A stretch of 64,000 bases of DNA from Nitrosopumilus sp. (GCA_965197525.1 OZ240211.1:224001-288000); one strand, 5' to 3'; shown: positions 19,136 through 30,175, counted from the first letter of the stretch. The notes: generated by a model from the letters alone, not told the origin. A program made the numbers and translations.

Positions 19136-19612
19136 TTGATTGTTGTAAATGCCTGTGTGGCTTTAACTGCAGCGCTGATACTAACTGGAATTGCGATAGC
19201 ATTACTAGTGGTGTACGGAGCCGATGTCGTAGTGGGATATACCACCGATGACGGTCAGGGGTTTATTCCATTTAATCATGCAGCACGAGGAATTGGACTA
19301 GGGGTGCCTGCATTGATACTTCCAATTATCGGATATGTTATTTCAAGACGCGATCGCTCTGCAGGCTTGGGTATTATGCTAATAATTGCAGGAATCTTGA
19401 TTCTTGTAGGAGGCGCAGTGGTGATTGGTAATGCTAGTTCTCCGGATGATGTTGCACAGACACCGCCGGGGGAGATTGATCCTCGTTCTCTGAATGCTGT
19501 TGCTGACGAATCTGGACGTAACGTAGTCACTGAGACTGCACCATTAATTGTTGTTGGATTTATACAGATTGGTCTAGGCATACTAAAGATCAAGAGATCT
19601 AAATCGGTATAG
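19136..19612 (+). CDS. Hypothetical membrane protein
   Basis: About four hydrophobic segments. Confidence 0.7.
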   Translation: MIVVNACVALTAALILTGIAIALLVVYGADVVVGYTTDDGQGFIPFNHAARGIGLGVPALILPIIGYVISRRDRSAGLGIMLIIAGILILVGGAVVIGNASSPDDVAQTPPGEIDPRSLNAVADESGRNVVTETAPLIVVGFIQIGLGILKIKRSKSV

Positions 19613-19615
19613 ATT

Positions 19616-19762
19616 ATGGCTGTTTGTGCTAAATGTACAAATGACGTAAAACGAGTTTACGACTGTGATCACACAAATTTTGAAGCATATTGTGTGGAAT
19701 GCTATACAGAGTTGCATTATTATCTTACTGAGGGCAATAATGGTGATAATGATGCTGACTGA
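19616..19762 (+). CDS. Small Cys/His-rich putative zinc-binding protein (48 aa, not in ORF track)
   Basis: MAVCAKCTNDVKRVYDCDHTNFEAYCVECYTELHYYLTE...; CxxC, CxH, CxxC, H; fits between two genes with overlap. Confidence 0.75.
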   Translation: MAVCAKCTNDVKRVYDCDHTNFEAYCVECYTELHYYLTEGNNGDNDAD

Positions 19763-20153
19763 CAGAGAGATGGCAATTTATGCATTGGGAAAGACCGAGG
19801 GAATTCACTGTGTTGCGGAGACCTTTGGAAAAGGGTTTGATGATAAAAAATATGTAGAATCTTGGAACAAGGCCCTGTCATTGTTGGGAGTGAAGATGTC
19901 TTTGAAAAATCTTGAAGAGATTTATGACGAATTTGCAAAAAAGATGGATAAAGTTACAAAGATGAGCAATGATCATGTCGTCAATCCTGTTGATGCCAAT
20001 ACTATAGGTAATGATAATGTTGATGTTGATGCTGATGATGATGGCAGTAGTAGTAGTAGTAATAATAATAATAATACCAACAGCAGTAATGATGCTACTA
20101 TTACCAGTCCTACAAAACAAAGCGGCAACAATAATGATGATATCACACAGTGA
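19749..20153 (+). CDS. Hypothetical protein with D/S/N-rich low-complexity tail
   Basis: MMLTDREMAIYALGKTEG...; tail DDDGSSSSSNNNNNTNSS; start inferred at 19749. Confidence 0.7.
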   Translation: MMLTDREMAIYALGKTEGIHCVAETFGKGFDDKKYVESWNKALSLLGVKMSLKNLEEIYDEFAKKMDKVTKMSNDHVVNPVDANTIGNDNVDVDADDDGSSSSSNNNNNTNSSNDATITSPTKQSGNNNDDITQ

Positions 20154-20258
20154 TAATATCCAACATGCTCTAGAATTTCACAACTTTACTGTACTACTAA
20201 TTCAGACATTAACGATTTAGTAAAATCAATTTTCATATACTCGAAAAATAAACCATCT

Positions 20259-20972
20259 ATGTTGAAAGCGGTAATATTGGCAGGAGGAAGGGGTACACGG
20301 CTTAGACCGCTTACAGATTATGTGCCAAAACCATTAATTCCAATAAAGAACATCCCTATAATAGAATGGCAAATAAAATACTTGACAAAATTTGGAATAA
20401 ATGATATTATTATTTGTACAGGATACAAAGAAGAGTTGATCAAGAATTATCTTGATACACGCAAGATGAAAAAGATCAATATACAATTTTCAATTGAGGA
20501 TGCTCCACTAGGGACTGGAGGTGCAATAAAAAACGCTAGTGCTCTAATTGACAGTGATAGTAACAATAACGATAACACTGGAGGTACCTCTGCATCATTT
20601 CTGGTAATTAACGGTGATATCATAACTGACATTGATTTGACAAGACTGTTGCAAACACCAAACTGTATTGCATCAATTAACTTGCAAACAAAGTTTGGTG
20701 TACTTGATACTGACGGCAACAAAATTACAAAATTTAATGAAAAGATTGCAGTACCACACTTGTGGATGAACGCTGGAATATATCACCTACAAAACGATAT
20801 CTTAAACGATCTACCTGACACGGGAGATATTGAAAAGACTGTGTTTCCAAAATATGCCCAAGATGGCACATTAAACATCGTACAGTTTAGCAACAATGTA
20901 CACTGGTACTCTATTGACTCGTTTAAAGACATTCAAGAATGTGCCTCAGAGATTGAAAATATAATAAAATAG
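20259..20972 (+). CDS. NDP-sugar nucleotidyltransferase family protein
   Basis: AVILAGGRGTRLRPLT..PKPL, PLGTGGAI, NGDI; loop insertion SDSNNNDNTGG. Confidence 0.92.
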   Translation: MLKAVILAGGRGTRLRPLTDYVPKPLIPIKNIPIIEWQIKYLTKFGINDIIICTGYKEELIKNYLDTRKMKKINIQFSIEDAPLGTGGAIKNASALIDSDSNNNDNTGGTSASFLVINGDIITDIDLTRLLQTPNCIASINLQTKFGVLDTDGNKITKFNEKIAVPHLWMNAGIYHLQNDILNDLPDTGDIEKTVFPKYAQDGTLNIVQFSNNVHWYSIDSFKDIQECASEIENIIK

Positions 20973-21254
20973 TCAGATGTAAGATATCAAGCCCCTGTTC
21001 TATGAAGTGTAATCATTATGTATGCTATCTCTTCTACAAATGGTCCGTCTCTTCCTCTTCCTTCTACGTACTTTGTAGCATCACTCCAAAATCCTGGTCT
21101 CTTTTCTCGAATTCCTAACTCATGTGTTAGTATCTGTTGTTGCTGTTGATCCAATAACCTATTTTGATGCTTTTTTTGATAACATCACTCCTCAATGAAA
21201 ATTAACCAAATAGTGAAACATAACACTAGAATATCAGAAGATTCACATGTTTTT

Positions 21255-22363
21255 ATGCGCACTGCATGCAGTCTAGGCTCACTACTTTCAATCCCTGAAA
21301 TATTGGAATGCTGTGATGCCATCTCAAAAACCAATGTGGACAGTATATGGATTCCTGAGACTTGGGGGATGGAGAATCTCTCAATGCTTGCAGCTATATC
21401 TGCTAAAACTGCCACCACTAGTGTGAATATAGGCTCATCTATAATCAATATTTTTTCACGCAGTCCCTCATCTATTGCAATGGGAGCTGCAACCGTTGAC
21501 ACCCTGTCACACGGGCGTCTTATTTTAGGATTAGGCACTAGCAGTGTCCCAATTGTTGAGGATTTTCACGGTTACAGTTTTGACAAACCGTTACAGAGAA
21601 TGCGGGAATACGTGCAAATTATTAGACTGATGCTTACCGGACAGCCAGTAAACTATACAAACGATACATTCAACCTCAAGGGGTTTAAACTACTGATAAA
21701 ACCTCCTAGGACATCAATTCCAATTTATCTTGCAGCCATTAACAAAAAAATGGTTAATTTAGCATGGGAGCTAGGTGACGGCGTAATCTTTTATCTCCGA
21801 CCGCTACACGAGTTAAAACAAACAATATCTTACATGCAGTCCAAACGACACATTGACGTTACCAGTCAGATAATCACGTGCGTTTCTGATGACTCTGAAT
21901 TGGCAAGAATACGGGCTAGAAAGACACTGGCGTTTTATGTTTCAGTTGGTAAAGTGTATAGGGATTTTTTAGCGCAAAATGGGTTTGCACAAGAGACTGC
22001 ACACATATTTGATGAATTTAAGAAAACAAGCTTTAAACATAATTACAAATTTGTTACAGATGCAATGTTGGACTCTCTTACGATATCTGGTACTCCCAGT
22101 CATTGTAAAAAGCAGCTAGCGAAATTTTTAGATTGTGGAATTGCTTTGCCGATATTACAATTTAATCCTGTGGTGGACAATACCAGTAACAATACCAGTA
22201 ACAATACCAGTAACAATACAATAACAGTAACAATAACAGTAACAATAACAGTAACAATAACAGTAACAATAACAGTAACAATAACAGTAACAATACCAGT
22301 AACAATAACAGTACTATCAAATCATTTGAACTGTTTCAGGGAACATTTTTTGATACATCATGA
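21255..22363 (+). CDS. LLM-class (luciferase-like, probably F420-dependent) oxidoreductase; C-terminus frameshifted by a VNTR
   Basis: WIPETWG, SRSPSSIAMGAATVDTLSHGRLILGLG, IPIYLAA. Probable native stop TGA 22361-22363 overlaps the thiolase ATG; as read, the ORF runs to 22406. Confidence 0.85.
22178..22314 (+). repeat. 12-bp tandem repeat CAATA(C/A)CAGTAA x11 plus one 5-nt partial unit
   Basis: Three units, CAATA at 22214-22218, then eight units; 137 bp total. Confidence 0.95.
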
Positions 22364-23472
22364 AAGTTGGCATAATTGGATATGGGGTTACACCATTCAC
22401 ACATGATGATGCAAAAATTGACTCTCTGCTGTTGCAGTCTGTAAAACACACCTTTTCTAACAACCCAATCATTACACAGGATGATGTTGATGCAGTACTC
22501 GTATCTACAAACGACAATTCCAAGTATTTGGCATCTGTCCTATCAGAGACGGCAGGCATCCGACCAAAGATTGCACATAATGTCGAGAGCATGTGTAATT
22601 CAGGTAGTAACGCCATCGTCTCGGCATACGCGTATATTGCATCAGGACTTGCAGATGTCATTCTTGTAAGTGGTGCTGATAGACGCACCAATCCTGGACA
22701 GATACTACAATGGGACAATTCTAGAGGTGAGTACAAACATCCCATATTTTGGGCATCAATCTTTACTAAATCATACAAGAGAAGATACGGCATTACTGAT
22801 GAGGAGTTGGCGCTTGTCCCAGTAAAGAATCACAAACATGCCTGCAAAAATCCCAACGCACTATCTCCCAAGACGTGCACAGTGAAAGACGTAATAAACT
22901 CAAAACCGTTAACAGGCGATCTAAGAATATTTGACTGTTCTAGGTCGTGTACCGGAAGCGCGTCAGTTATTTTAGCTTCTGAAGATGCTATTCGAAGACT
23001 TGGTATAGCCCAGCCTGTCTGGATTACAGGAATCGGGCAAAAGACGACTTCTGCAGGATTTGCAAAGAATCCATCATTTCATTCCATGGAATCCACAAGA
23101 CTGGCAAAAGACTTGGCATTTCAGATGTCAGGCAAGCGCGCACAAGACATTGATGTTGCTGAAGTCCATGATGCATTTTCAGTATGCGAGGTTATTGCAC
23201 TGGAATCCTTGGGGCTAAGTCAACCCGGTCAAGGAACTCAAACTGTAAAAGAGTTACATGAGACTGATAATTTTATGATAAATCCTCGCGGGGGTCTGCT
23301 TGGTTCTGGACACCCATTGGGTGCGACAGGAATTGCACAAACAGTAGAGGTGACACAACAACTATTATCCAAAGCAGGTCCAAGACAGGTTGACAGTAAT
23401 ACGAGTACGGGGTTGGTTCACAATTTGTCAGCTGCTGCAACATCATCAACTGTACTGGTGCTTGAGCGATGA
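22360..23472 (+). CDS. Archaeal-type thiolase (acetoacetyl-CoA thiolase family)
   Basis: ESMCNSG, VKNH, AEVHDAF, INPRGGL, GHPLGATG. Confidence 0.92.
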   Translation: MKVGIIGYGVTPFTHDDAKIDSLLLQSVKHTFSNNPIITQDDVDAVLVSTNDNSKYLASVLSETAGIRPKIAHNVESMCNSGSNAIVSAYAYIASGLADVILVSGADRRTNPGQILQWDNSRGEYKHPIFWASIFTKSYKRRYGITDEELALVPVKNHKHACKNPNALSPKTCTVKDVINSKPLTGDLRIFDCSRSCTGSASVILASEDAIRRLGIAQPVWITGIGQKTTSAGFAKNPSFHSMESTRLAKDLAFQMSGKRAQDIDVAEVHDAFSVCEVIALESLGLSQPGQGTQTVKELHETDNFMINPRGGLLGSGHPLGATGIAQTVEVTQQLLSKAGPRQVDSNTSTGLVHNLSAAATSSTVLVLER

Positions 23473-23777
23473 GTTTTGAATCAGAGCTATCATCAGGAAG
23501 GTTTTGCATTCCCTCCTGCATGCAATGTAAAAAAATTGTATGGCCTCCAACTGAGTTCTGTAATCGCTGTTTTGGCACCATCACACTAAAACACGGAGAT
23601 TTTGTAGGTAAGGTTGTGGAATTTTCAGAGTATCATGATCATTATTTTTGTGTAGTGGAATTTGAAGGATCTGTACAAGTGATGGCGAAGATCTCAAATA
23701 TGCCCATAGTTGGTCAGAGCGTAAAGATTGTACAATGCGGCATATCAGACGGAAATTATTTTTTCAATGTTGCTTGA
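23469..23777 (+). CDS. DUF35 Zn-ribbon/OB-fold thiolase scaffold protein
   Basis: CxxC...PP..FCxxC followed by OB-type strands; ATGA overlap with the thiolase. Confidence 0.85.
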   Translation: MSFESELSSGRFCIPSCMQCKKIVWPPTEFCNRCFGTITLKHGDFVGKVVEFSEYHDHYFCVVEFEGSVQVMAKISNMPIVGQSVKIVQCGISDGNYFFNVA

Positions 23778-24606
23778 ATTTTGTGTATATGTACGGGGTT
23801 TCAATCTTTTGATCAAATGTCCACACGGTTGGCAATGATATAACATCAATCACTTGTAGATTGTGTTTTTTTATCAGGGCGTTCCATCCTCCATGCTCTG
23901 AGCTGTTACTGGACAGATGTCTCTTTGTATTGGTCCCTGCAAATGTTATTGCCGTGTTGTCTTTGAGGTCTTTGATATTTTTTATCTTTTCAATTATGTT
24001 GTCTGCTAGGACATCTCCTCCCATCTGTGGAAGGCCACCTACAAAAAATATTGGATGTTCTAGCTTTAATTCTGTATAATCAAACTCTAAAGCGTCGGCG
24101 TTTACTGGATTAAAGTTTTGATGTGCCTGTTTAGCAATTATTTTTTGTAACTCTGTTAATGTGTCATCTATCTCTAGGCTGTATGTCGTTAATCCTAACA
24201 GGTGCCCGCAAAATGCAATTCGTCCATCTCCTGAGCCTATGTCGACTAATTCTGTGTATCTAAACTGCTTTGCAGCATATGCCATGATAAATGCCGACAT
24301 TATCCATGTAGGGTAAAACGGCTGGCAACTAGAACCGTGCTTGATACTGTTTAGCCAGTATTCGTTGATATCACCTTCGTATATGGTACAATCAATCCCT
24401 AAAATTTTTTGATTATAATGATTATAGTATATTGGATTTTTTTGAGCAAATCCATGCAATGATGCTAACAGACGCTCTGGGTATGGAAATTCTTTTGATG
24501 TTTTATTTGGAACCACTTCTTGAATATGCGCGTTGCCTACATAGTTTTCTGCAAAGTTCTGTTTTACGGAAATCAGAGTCTCTGCTTGATTATTGTTTTG
24601 TATCAT
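23764..24606 (-). CDS. Class I SAM-dependent methyltransferase-like protein
   Basis: LVDIGSGDGRI motif I, SLEID, DALEFD. Confidence 0.75.
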   Translation of the reverse strand: MIQNNNQAETLISVKQNFAENYVGNAHIQEVVPNKTSKEFPYPERLLASLHGFAQKNPIYYNHYNQKILGIDCTIYEGDINEYWLNSIKHGSSCQPFYPTWIMSAFIMAYAAKQFRYTELVDIGSGDGRIAFCGHLLGLTTYSLEIDDTLTELQKIIAKQAHQNFNPVNADALEFDYTELKLEHPIFFVGGLPQMGGDVLADNIIEKIKNIKDLKDNTAITFAGTNTKRHLSSNSSEHGGWNALIKKHNLQVIDVISLPTVWTFDQKIETPYIYTKFKQH

Positions 24607-24638
24607 GGCTTTGATCTCTTATATGGGTTTGATAAACT

Positions 24639-26010
24639 GGTTCTGTCGAGTTAACGGGTGTTGACTGATGAGGATTCTATCAGCATCAAAACTCATATAC
24701 CTATTTCAACAGTGTTCATTAGGTAACACATTAACTACTTGACTTTGACATATCGACTATCTGGATTACCGGTCTGCAGGGTTCCATCATCGCTGACTCA
24801 AAAACGTTAGACTGCGCTTCACTTATGCCAACTCTACTATCCCTAAACCTAGGGGACAGTTTGCGTGATATGTTCATGGCAGCTATAATGTCTCTGTCCA
24901 TGAATAATCCGCAATTATTACACGACATTTTACGACTGTGTTGCATGTCCTCTTGGAGTTTCTTTCCGCATTTTGGACATTGTGTGCTCGTGCGTTTTGG
25001 ATCTACAAATTCGACGGGTAGCCCGACCCATTGGGCTTTGTATTCTATTTGGCGTTGTAGCTCGTAGAATTGCCAGCCGTTCAATCTGCGTCTGTACTTG
25101 TTGCCTTGACCATTTCCCTTTTGGTATAATTTTCTTATTCCTTTCAGGTTCTCCAAAACAATTATGGCTTTTTCCTTGACGGCATTATCTACTATGTTTT
25201 TTGAGATTTTGTGTATGTATTGTTTTGTTCTGTCAGTCATTCTTCTTTGTCTTTGCTTCCAAAATTGACCTTTCTTTCTACGATCATTTCTATGGAATCC
25301 GGCTCTAGTATGTATTGTGTTCTCTTTGATTGATAACAACTTGTTTGTTTTGTAGAATGTTATCTTTTCTTCATTTCCGCATGTGACGTTACGTAGATTT
25401 CTATCGATTCCCACTGTCTTGGTACACTCTATCTCTTCTGTTTCTTTCGAAACACAAAGACTGATGTTGAGAGCAGTCAATGAAAACGAGCGTACTGTCA
25501 AGGCGGAGTTTGACAGGATTTTTTGAGTGTGTTGGTTCAACAAGATGTTGATAGGATTTCCACGTTTGTATGGTATTGTGAGTAGTGCACCATTGTGTTT
25601 TATGCCGTAGCAGTTTGTAATGAATGGATTTTTGATAATTGGGTCTTTTACTTTGACACCACGTTTGACTGACTGCTTTCTATTTGATAATACTCCGGCA
25701 GCTCTTGATATTGCATTGAGTTTGTATGAAGATAAAATATCATAGTCTCTCAATTCGTGATAGCATAGCATGGATAACCGCTTCATGTTGTGGGTATCTT
25801 CCTTTAGTCCTATTCTAATGCAATGGTTAACCATCTTTGTGAATGTAACCATCATATCCATTAGGTCGGAATTTGGTGTATGTTTTTGTGCTATTGACTT
25901 TATTGCTCTCAACGAATATCTTCGGTTTAAAGTTATTTATATCTTGTTCAGAGGGATCTTTCTACCATGGAATCAAAATTTATTTCAACACCCGTTAACT
26001 TGACAGAACC
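24639..26010 (-). mobile_element. Non-autonomous tnpB element, copy 2, with TIRs and 8-bp TSD
   Basis: 26-bp TIR GGTTCTGTC(G/A)AGTTAACGGGTGTTGA with one mismatch; TSD GATAAACT at 24631-24638 and 26011-26018. Confidence 0.95.
24731..25912 (-). CDS. tnpB: TnpB RNA-guided endonuclease, copy 2
   Basis: GIDRNL, LENL, CPKC..CNNC, DRDIIAAMNI all intact. Confidence 0.95.
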   Translation of the reverse strand: MRAIKSIAQKHTPNSDLMDMMVTFTKMVNHCIRIGLKEDTHNMKRLSMLCYHELRDYDILSSYKLNAISRAAGVLSNRKQSVKRGVKVKDPIIKNPFITNCYGIKHNGALLTIPYKRGNPINILLNQHTQKILSNSALTVRSFSLTALNISLCVSKETEEIECTKTVGIDRNLRNVTCGNEEKITFYKTNKLLSIKENTIHTRAGFHRNDRRKKGQFWKQRQRRMTDRTKQYIHKISKNIVDNAVKEKAIIVLENLKGIRKLYQKGNGQGNKYRRRLNGWQFYELQRQIEYKAQWVGLPVEFVDPKRTSTQCPKCGKKLQEDMQHSRKMSCNNCGLFMDRDIIAAMNISRKLSPRFRDSRVGISEAQSNVFESAMMEPCRPVIQIVDMSKSSS

Positions 26011-26249
26011 GATAAACTCATTGTAATATTCTCACATGTTTTTGTCTACACGTCGCTCTTTTTCCTGCACTTCATAAAATGATCTGTTTCTGAGACGAGT
26101 CTTTGTACTTGATGGAATCTTCTATAATCAATTAACACCTAATCTTATGGATTTTGGGAATTCATCTTTGAATTATACAAAATAATCTTGTAAATTAGTG
26201 TACTATTTTATAATGATTATATAATTACCTTGATCTTTTATGTGACTGC

Positions 26250-26903
26250 ATGGTAAGAAAATATTTGACGCCAAAGTTCTTCTCATCAACTGTTATGGCC
26301 AAACCCTCTAGTAAAAAAATTCGCGTACAGAATCAGCGGTCTGCCCGTTTGCGTAGACAGCGAGGATATCACTGGGAGGATACAATCGTAAAGAGGTTCA
26401 ATGATCAGGACAATTGGAAAGCGTTTCGACTAGGATCTGCTAGTAATGCCTTGCCTGATATACTGGCAGTTAATACTCAAGCCAAGACGATATATACAAT
26501 TGAAGCAAAATCAGGCACTGGCACATCATTGTTTGTGCCTGCAGACCAGATTGAACGATGCATGCGTTGGGTTAAGACGTTTGATATTTACAAGAAGAGG
26601 AAGGTTATTCTTGCCTTTAAATTTCTCTCAAAGAAGCGGATTGATATAGATGTGTACCAAAGTCGTGAGTTGAGAGAATTTTTTAAGATCTGGGATGATG
26701 ATCGGGATATTACAGATTGTGTATGTAGTTACGATGGTAAGGTATCGATAAAAGTAGGTGGTATAGAAAAGACAGAGATCGCACTTAAGAGTGGCAAGAT
26801 GCCGTTTCAGATTAGAGGGGGGACTAAATCACTAAAACTGCCAACCAAACGGCTAAAGTATAAAAAAAAGATCAGAGATACCCGGAAAACTAATGCCAAG
26901 TGA
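26250..26903 (+). CDS. Holliday-junction-resolvase (Hjc)-like PD-(D/E)XK nuclease
   Basis: GYHWE, PDILA, IEAK motifs; start may be 26295. Confidence 0.8.
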   Translation: MVRKYLTPKFFSSTVMAKPSSKKIRVQNQRSARLRRQRGYHWEDTIVKRFNDQDNWKAFRLGSASNALPDILAVNTQAKTIYTIEAKSGTGTSLFVPADQIERCMRWVKTFDIYKKRKVILAFKFLSKKRIDIDVYQSRELREFFKIWDDDRDITDCVCSYDGKVSIKVGGIEKTEIALKSGKMPFQIRGGTKSLKLPTKRLKYKKKIRDTRKTNAK

Positions 26904-26945
26904 GTTTCAAATCGTTTTTAAGTATAGTATACTAAATGATATTAG

Positions 26946-27410
26946 ATGCCCAAAGAAACAGATGATGATATTAAGATAAATACCGAACTAGACCCCAAGA
27001 TTACGGAATCATTACTAGAGACAGTATCTGATGCTAACGTTAACTCACGAATCAATTTTGAAGAGTTTACTGACGAACGTGTGCTGATAAGTCATGATGC
27101 CTTTGGCAAGAAACAGATGAAGATCAAAGTGTTGGAGGTATCTGACGAGATTCCTACATTACAATGGAAGTTTGGAGATCGTGTAAAGATCACAAAAATT
27201 CTTGTTACTGTAAAACATCTTACAACACAACAAGTTGAAGAAGCAGAGTTTGACATAGAGGCAATAGAACTCGAGATGGCAGAAAAGAGACACTATTCAT
27301 CTACGAATAGATGGATTCCTAAAACAGATATAAAAAATGGTTATGTGGTAGGATCAAAACATACTAGGTTGATAAGCGATGCGTCAGCATTAGACTATAT
27401 CGCATTTTAG
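26946..27410 (+). CDS. Conserved hypothetical protein
   Basis: 154-aa ORF. Confidence 0.7.
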   Translation: MPKETDDDIKINTELDPKITESLLETVSDANVNSRINFEEFTDERVLISHDAFGKKQMKIKVLEVSDEIPTLQWKFGDRVKITKILVTVKHLTTQQVEEAEFDIEAIELEMAEKRHYSSTNRWIPKTDIKNGYVVGSKHTRLISDASALDYIAF

Positions 27411-27626
27411 ATTTGTCTCAAACACATGATAGAATGTTTATTCATTTCATAGTTGCATCAACATTGCTGTAATTCTATTTTTACTCCATCTTGACTTTTA
27501 CTCTCAAATTAAATCTTGTCCATTTGTAGGAATATTCAAAAACAAACAAGCAAACAAACCAATTTTAAATCAATCTGGATGTCCTCAACGATAAAGTTTT
27601 ATGAATCAAATATGTGTTAATAGTGT

Positions 27627-28886
27627 ATGATAAATGATAAAATCATAATTGCGATAATTGTAGTACTCACTGGAATTCTTGGTGTCGTTGCCCTCTCTTC
27701 TGGAGCTGATATTGAAATTCTTGATGCGATTCCAAGGGATATACGCTCAATAACGCTAGATGGTGATGCTGCCTCTGCAGCTGTCGTAGATGAGATAATT
27801 GCAATGTATGATTCTGATAAAGAAGGTACTTTGGAGTATATCAATAATCTGGATTCAAATGATCCGTCATATCCATTCGTTATTGACGCGATACGGGGGT
27901 TAATCATAGCTCATGGTTCTGACTCTGACTTGACATCAACTGAATCTTTGATACCTCTTGATAGAGCTCACAAACCATATGCTGTAATACTAGATGAATT
28001 AATAGAACGAAGCACAGATACTAATGAATATAGGGGTGTTTGGGCAGAGTATGTATTTCTAAATCCTGAGTTGGGTCAAGATCAACTCAAACGTTCTTGG
28101 TTGGTGTTGCATGATGGTTACATCTTTGGTTCTGGGCATTACTACTCACCCGAAGCTAGGGCCCAACAAGAAGTTTCTTATGCAATTGAGTTGTACGACG
28201 AGATAGGCCGAGATGCATTTAAACGTATTAACACATTGTCGTTACAGCCCTACTCGTTTTATGCAGTAGTCATTGAGATAGATTCTTCCAAAGTTATAGC
28301 TCACGGTGCATTTCCTTATGAGAATGTTGGAGTCAAAGTAACCCAATCACTTGAAGGATTAAATGATTTAGATCATGATTCCTCTTTTTGGCTGTACGTA
28401 CAAAATAAGAATCCAATATCGGGGATTGTTGAGCAGAAACGTATTTGGGTAACTCCTCATGAGGGATATCTCTTCACATCTGGATATTATTATTCAGCTG
28501 AAGAAAAAGTCCGCGAGAATATTGAAGTTTTAGTTGATGCATACAAATCTAATAAAAAACAGGTGTTCGATGAAGTAAATGCTTTAAACTCTGTTGATCC
28601 ATACTATCCATTTATTTTAAATGCCACTACTGGAAAGATTGAAGCCCATGGCGCTTTTGTAAGTCGAATTGGGATTGATTCCATAATACTAAATGACGGA
28701 ACAGAGAGGTTATCAAAAGACATCCTCGATGATCTGTACAAGTATAACAGTACTTGGACTGATTACAAGTTTACAAACCCTAGCACAGGTGAATTAGAAC
28801 ATAAACGCACTTATTTGTACTTGCATGATGGATATGTCTTTGGTGCTGGATTTTATTATTCTGTATTTGGAAGCACTGCACGTTAG
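27627..28886 (+). CDS. Membrane-anchored or secreted protein with three Cache-like domains
   Basis: N-terminal hydrophobic helix; three repeats ending W.xY.F.NP..G....K......DGY.F..G.Y. Confidence 0.75.
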   Translation: MINDKIIIAIIVVLTGILGVVALSSGADIEILDAIPRDIRSITLDGDAASAAVVDEIIAMYDSDKEGTLEYINNLDSNDPSYPFVIDAIRGLIIAHGSDSDLTSTESLIPLDRAHKPYAVILDELIERSTDTNEYRGVWAEYVFLNPELGQDQLKRSWLVLHDGYIFGSGHYYSPEARAQQEVSYAIELYDEIGRDAFKRINTLSLQPYSFYAVVIEIDSSKVIAHGAFPYENVGVKVTQSLEGLNDLDHDSSFWLYVQNKNPISGIVEQKRIWVTPHEGYLFTSGYYYSAEEKVRENIEVLVDAYKSNKKQVFDEVNALNSVDPYYPFILNATTGKIEAHGAFVSRIGIDSIILNDGTERLSKDILDDLYKYNSTWTDYKFTNPSTGELEHKRTYLYLHDGYVFGAGFYYSVFGSTAR

Positions 28887-29356
28887 AATACATTTTCAAG
28901 ATTTATCTGTGTCCTGTCGTTTGACGTCATTTTATCAACACATTAATGTTAGTACACATTGAGATTAGGCTCATAGATTGTAGATGTCATAAGTGTAAGG
29001 TCATTTTTTACCCAAGTTTATCTAATTGTGCTAGTTGGGGTTACTAAAAATTTAGCGATAATTACGACTAGTATCAGTTGTTATGAACGTAGACGCCGCT
29101 GGTTAAAAACGAATATAATAACACGTATTCTTATATACATATTTTTAAGAACGTTATAGTCTAATTTTAGAGCATGGTTATTTTTGTAGTTATGCAAAAA
29201 ATTTAATCATGCTAGTCAAAAGCACTACGCTGATATTAGTTTAGGCTCTTCACACATAATTGAAGAAAGATACTTAAACTATGAGAAATTATTTTGGTTA
29301 GGAATTAGCAATCATGTATAATAATAATAATAATACAGAAAAGTTAAAGATCCACT

Positions 29357-30175
29357 TTGGGACTGTTGGCTATGATTGAATTTGATCTCTTTATTCTTGG
29401 TATAGTTGGCTTTGGATTAGGTTGGGCAGTTGGCATGTCAGGATTAACTCTTACATCTGCCCGTTTTTTAGCAGTAGCTACTATTGAATTTTCCATACCT
29501 ACAGCAGTTGGTACAGCTATTGGTGGGACTACATTTAGCATGATACCTGCTGCGCTAAATTACTACAAGACGCGCAGTATTCATACCAAAATATTTGCTG
29601 TAATGGTACCTCCAGGTGTCGCCGGCGCCATCTTGGGGGCACTGTTTATCAGTTTTATTCCTAGTGCTGTCATTATAGCAGTAATCACAGTCTTGATGGT
29701 GTATGGTCTTGTAAGTCTATTGCGTAGTAAAACAATAAAACATGGTGGAGTTCAAACTGTATTACACAAGTATCAATACATCCGAGAAGGTATTGTCGCA
29801 TTTGGATTAGGTTGGCTTGTTGGCATGTTTGGAGTGCTGCTTGTAAATGTAAGATTGCTATCAATGATGGACAAGTTCAAAATCGGGCCAAAAGTTGTAA
29901 TTGGGACTAGTATAGCTATCTCATGTGTTCTCGGATTGACATCCTTTGCAGGGCATACTATTCTTGGTAACGTGAACTTTTTGTTGTTATTTGTTCTAGC
30001 TAGCACTGGGATGGTGGGAGGAATAATTGGCGCTAAATTTACAAATCGCATGAGTCAAAAAAAGTTAAAGATTATACTGATTATCCTATTTTTGTTTATA
30101 ATCAGTTACCTGCTCTTTATGTTGACTAATGTGTTGTTACGACCATCTGTCATTAATTGTAGCACATGTTTCTGA
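29357..30175 (+). CDS. Sulfite exporter TauE/SafE family membrane protein
   Basis: Multi-TM protein; AVGMSG, AVGTAIG, VIGTSIA pattern. Confidence 0.85.
   Translation: MGLLAMIEFDLFILGIVGFGLGWAVGMSGLTLTSARFLAVATIEFSIPTAVGTAIGGTTFSMIPAALNYYKTRSIHTKIFAVMVPPGVAGAILGALFISFIPSAVIIAVITVLMVYGLVSLLRSKTIKHGGVQTVLHKYQYIREGIVAFGLGWLVGMFGVLLVNVRLLSMMDKFKIGPKVVIGTSIAISCVLGLTSFAGHTILGNVNFLLLFVLASTGMVGGIIGAKFTNRMSQKKLKIILIILFLFIISYLLFMLTNVLLRPSVINCSTCF

Noticed and set aside
20990-21160. Possible ~55-aa minus-strand ORF (MDQQQQQILTHELGIREKRPGFW...)
   Set aside because: Weak TTG start, no recognisable homology, below supportable evidence.
22178-22314. CRISPR array
   Set aside because: Contiguous 12-bp units with no unique spacers, inside a CDS, and no cas genes in the window.
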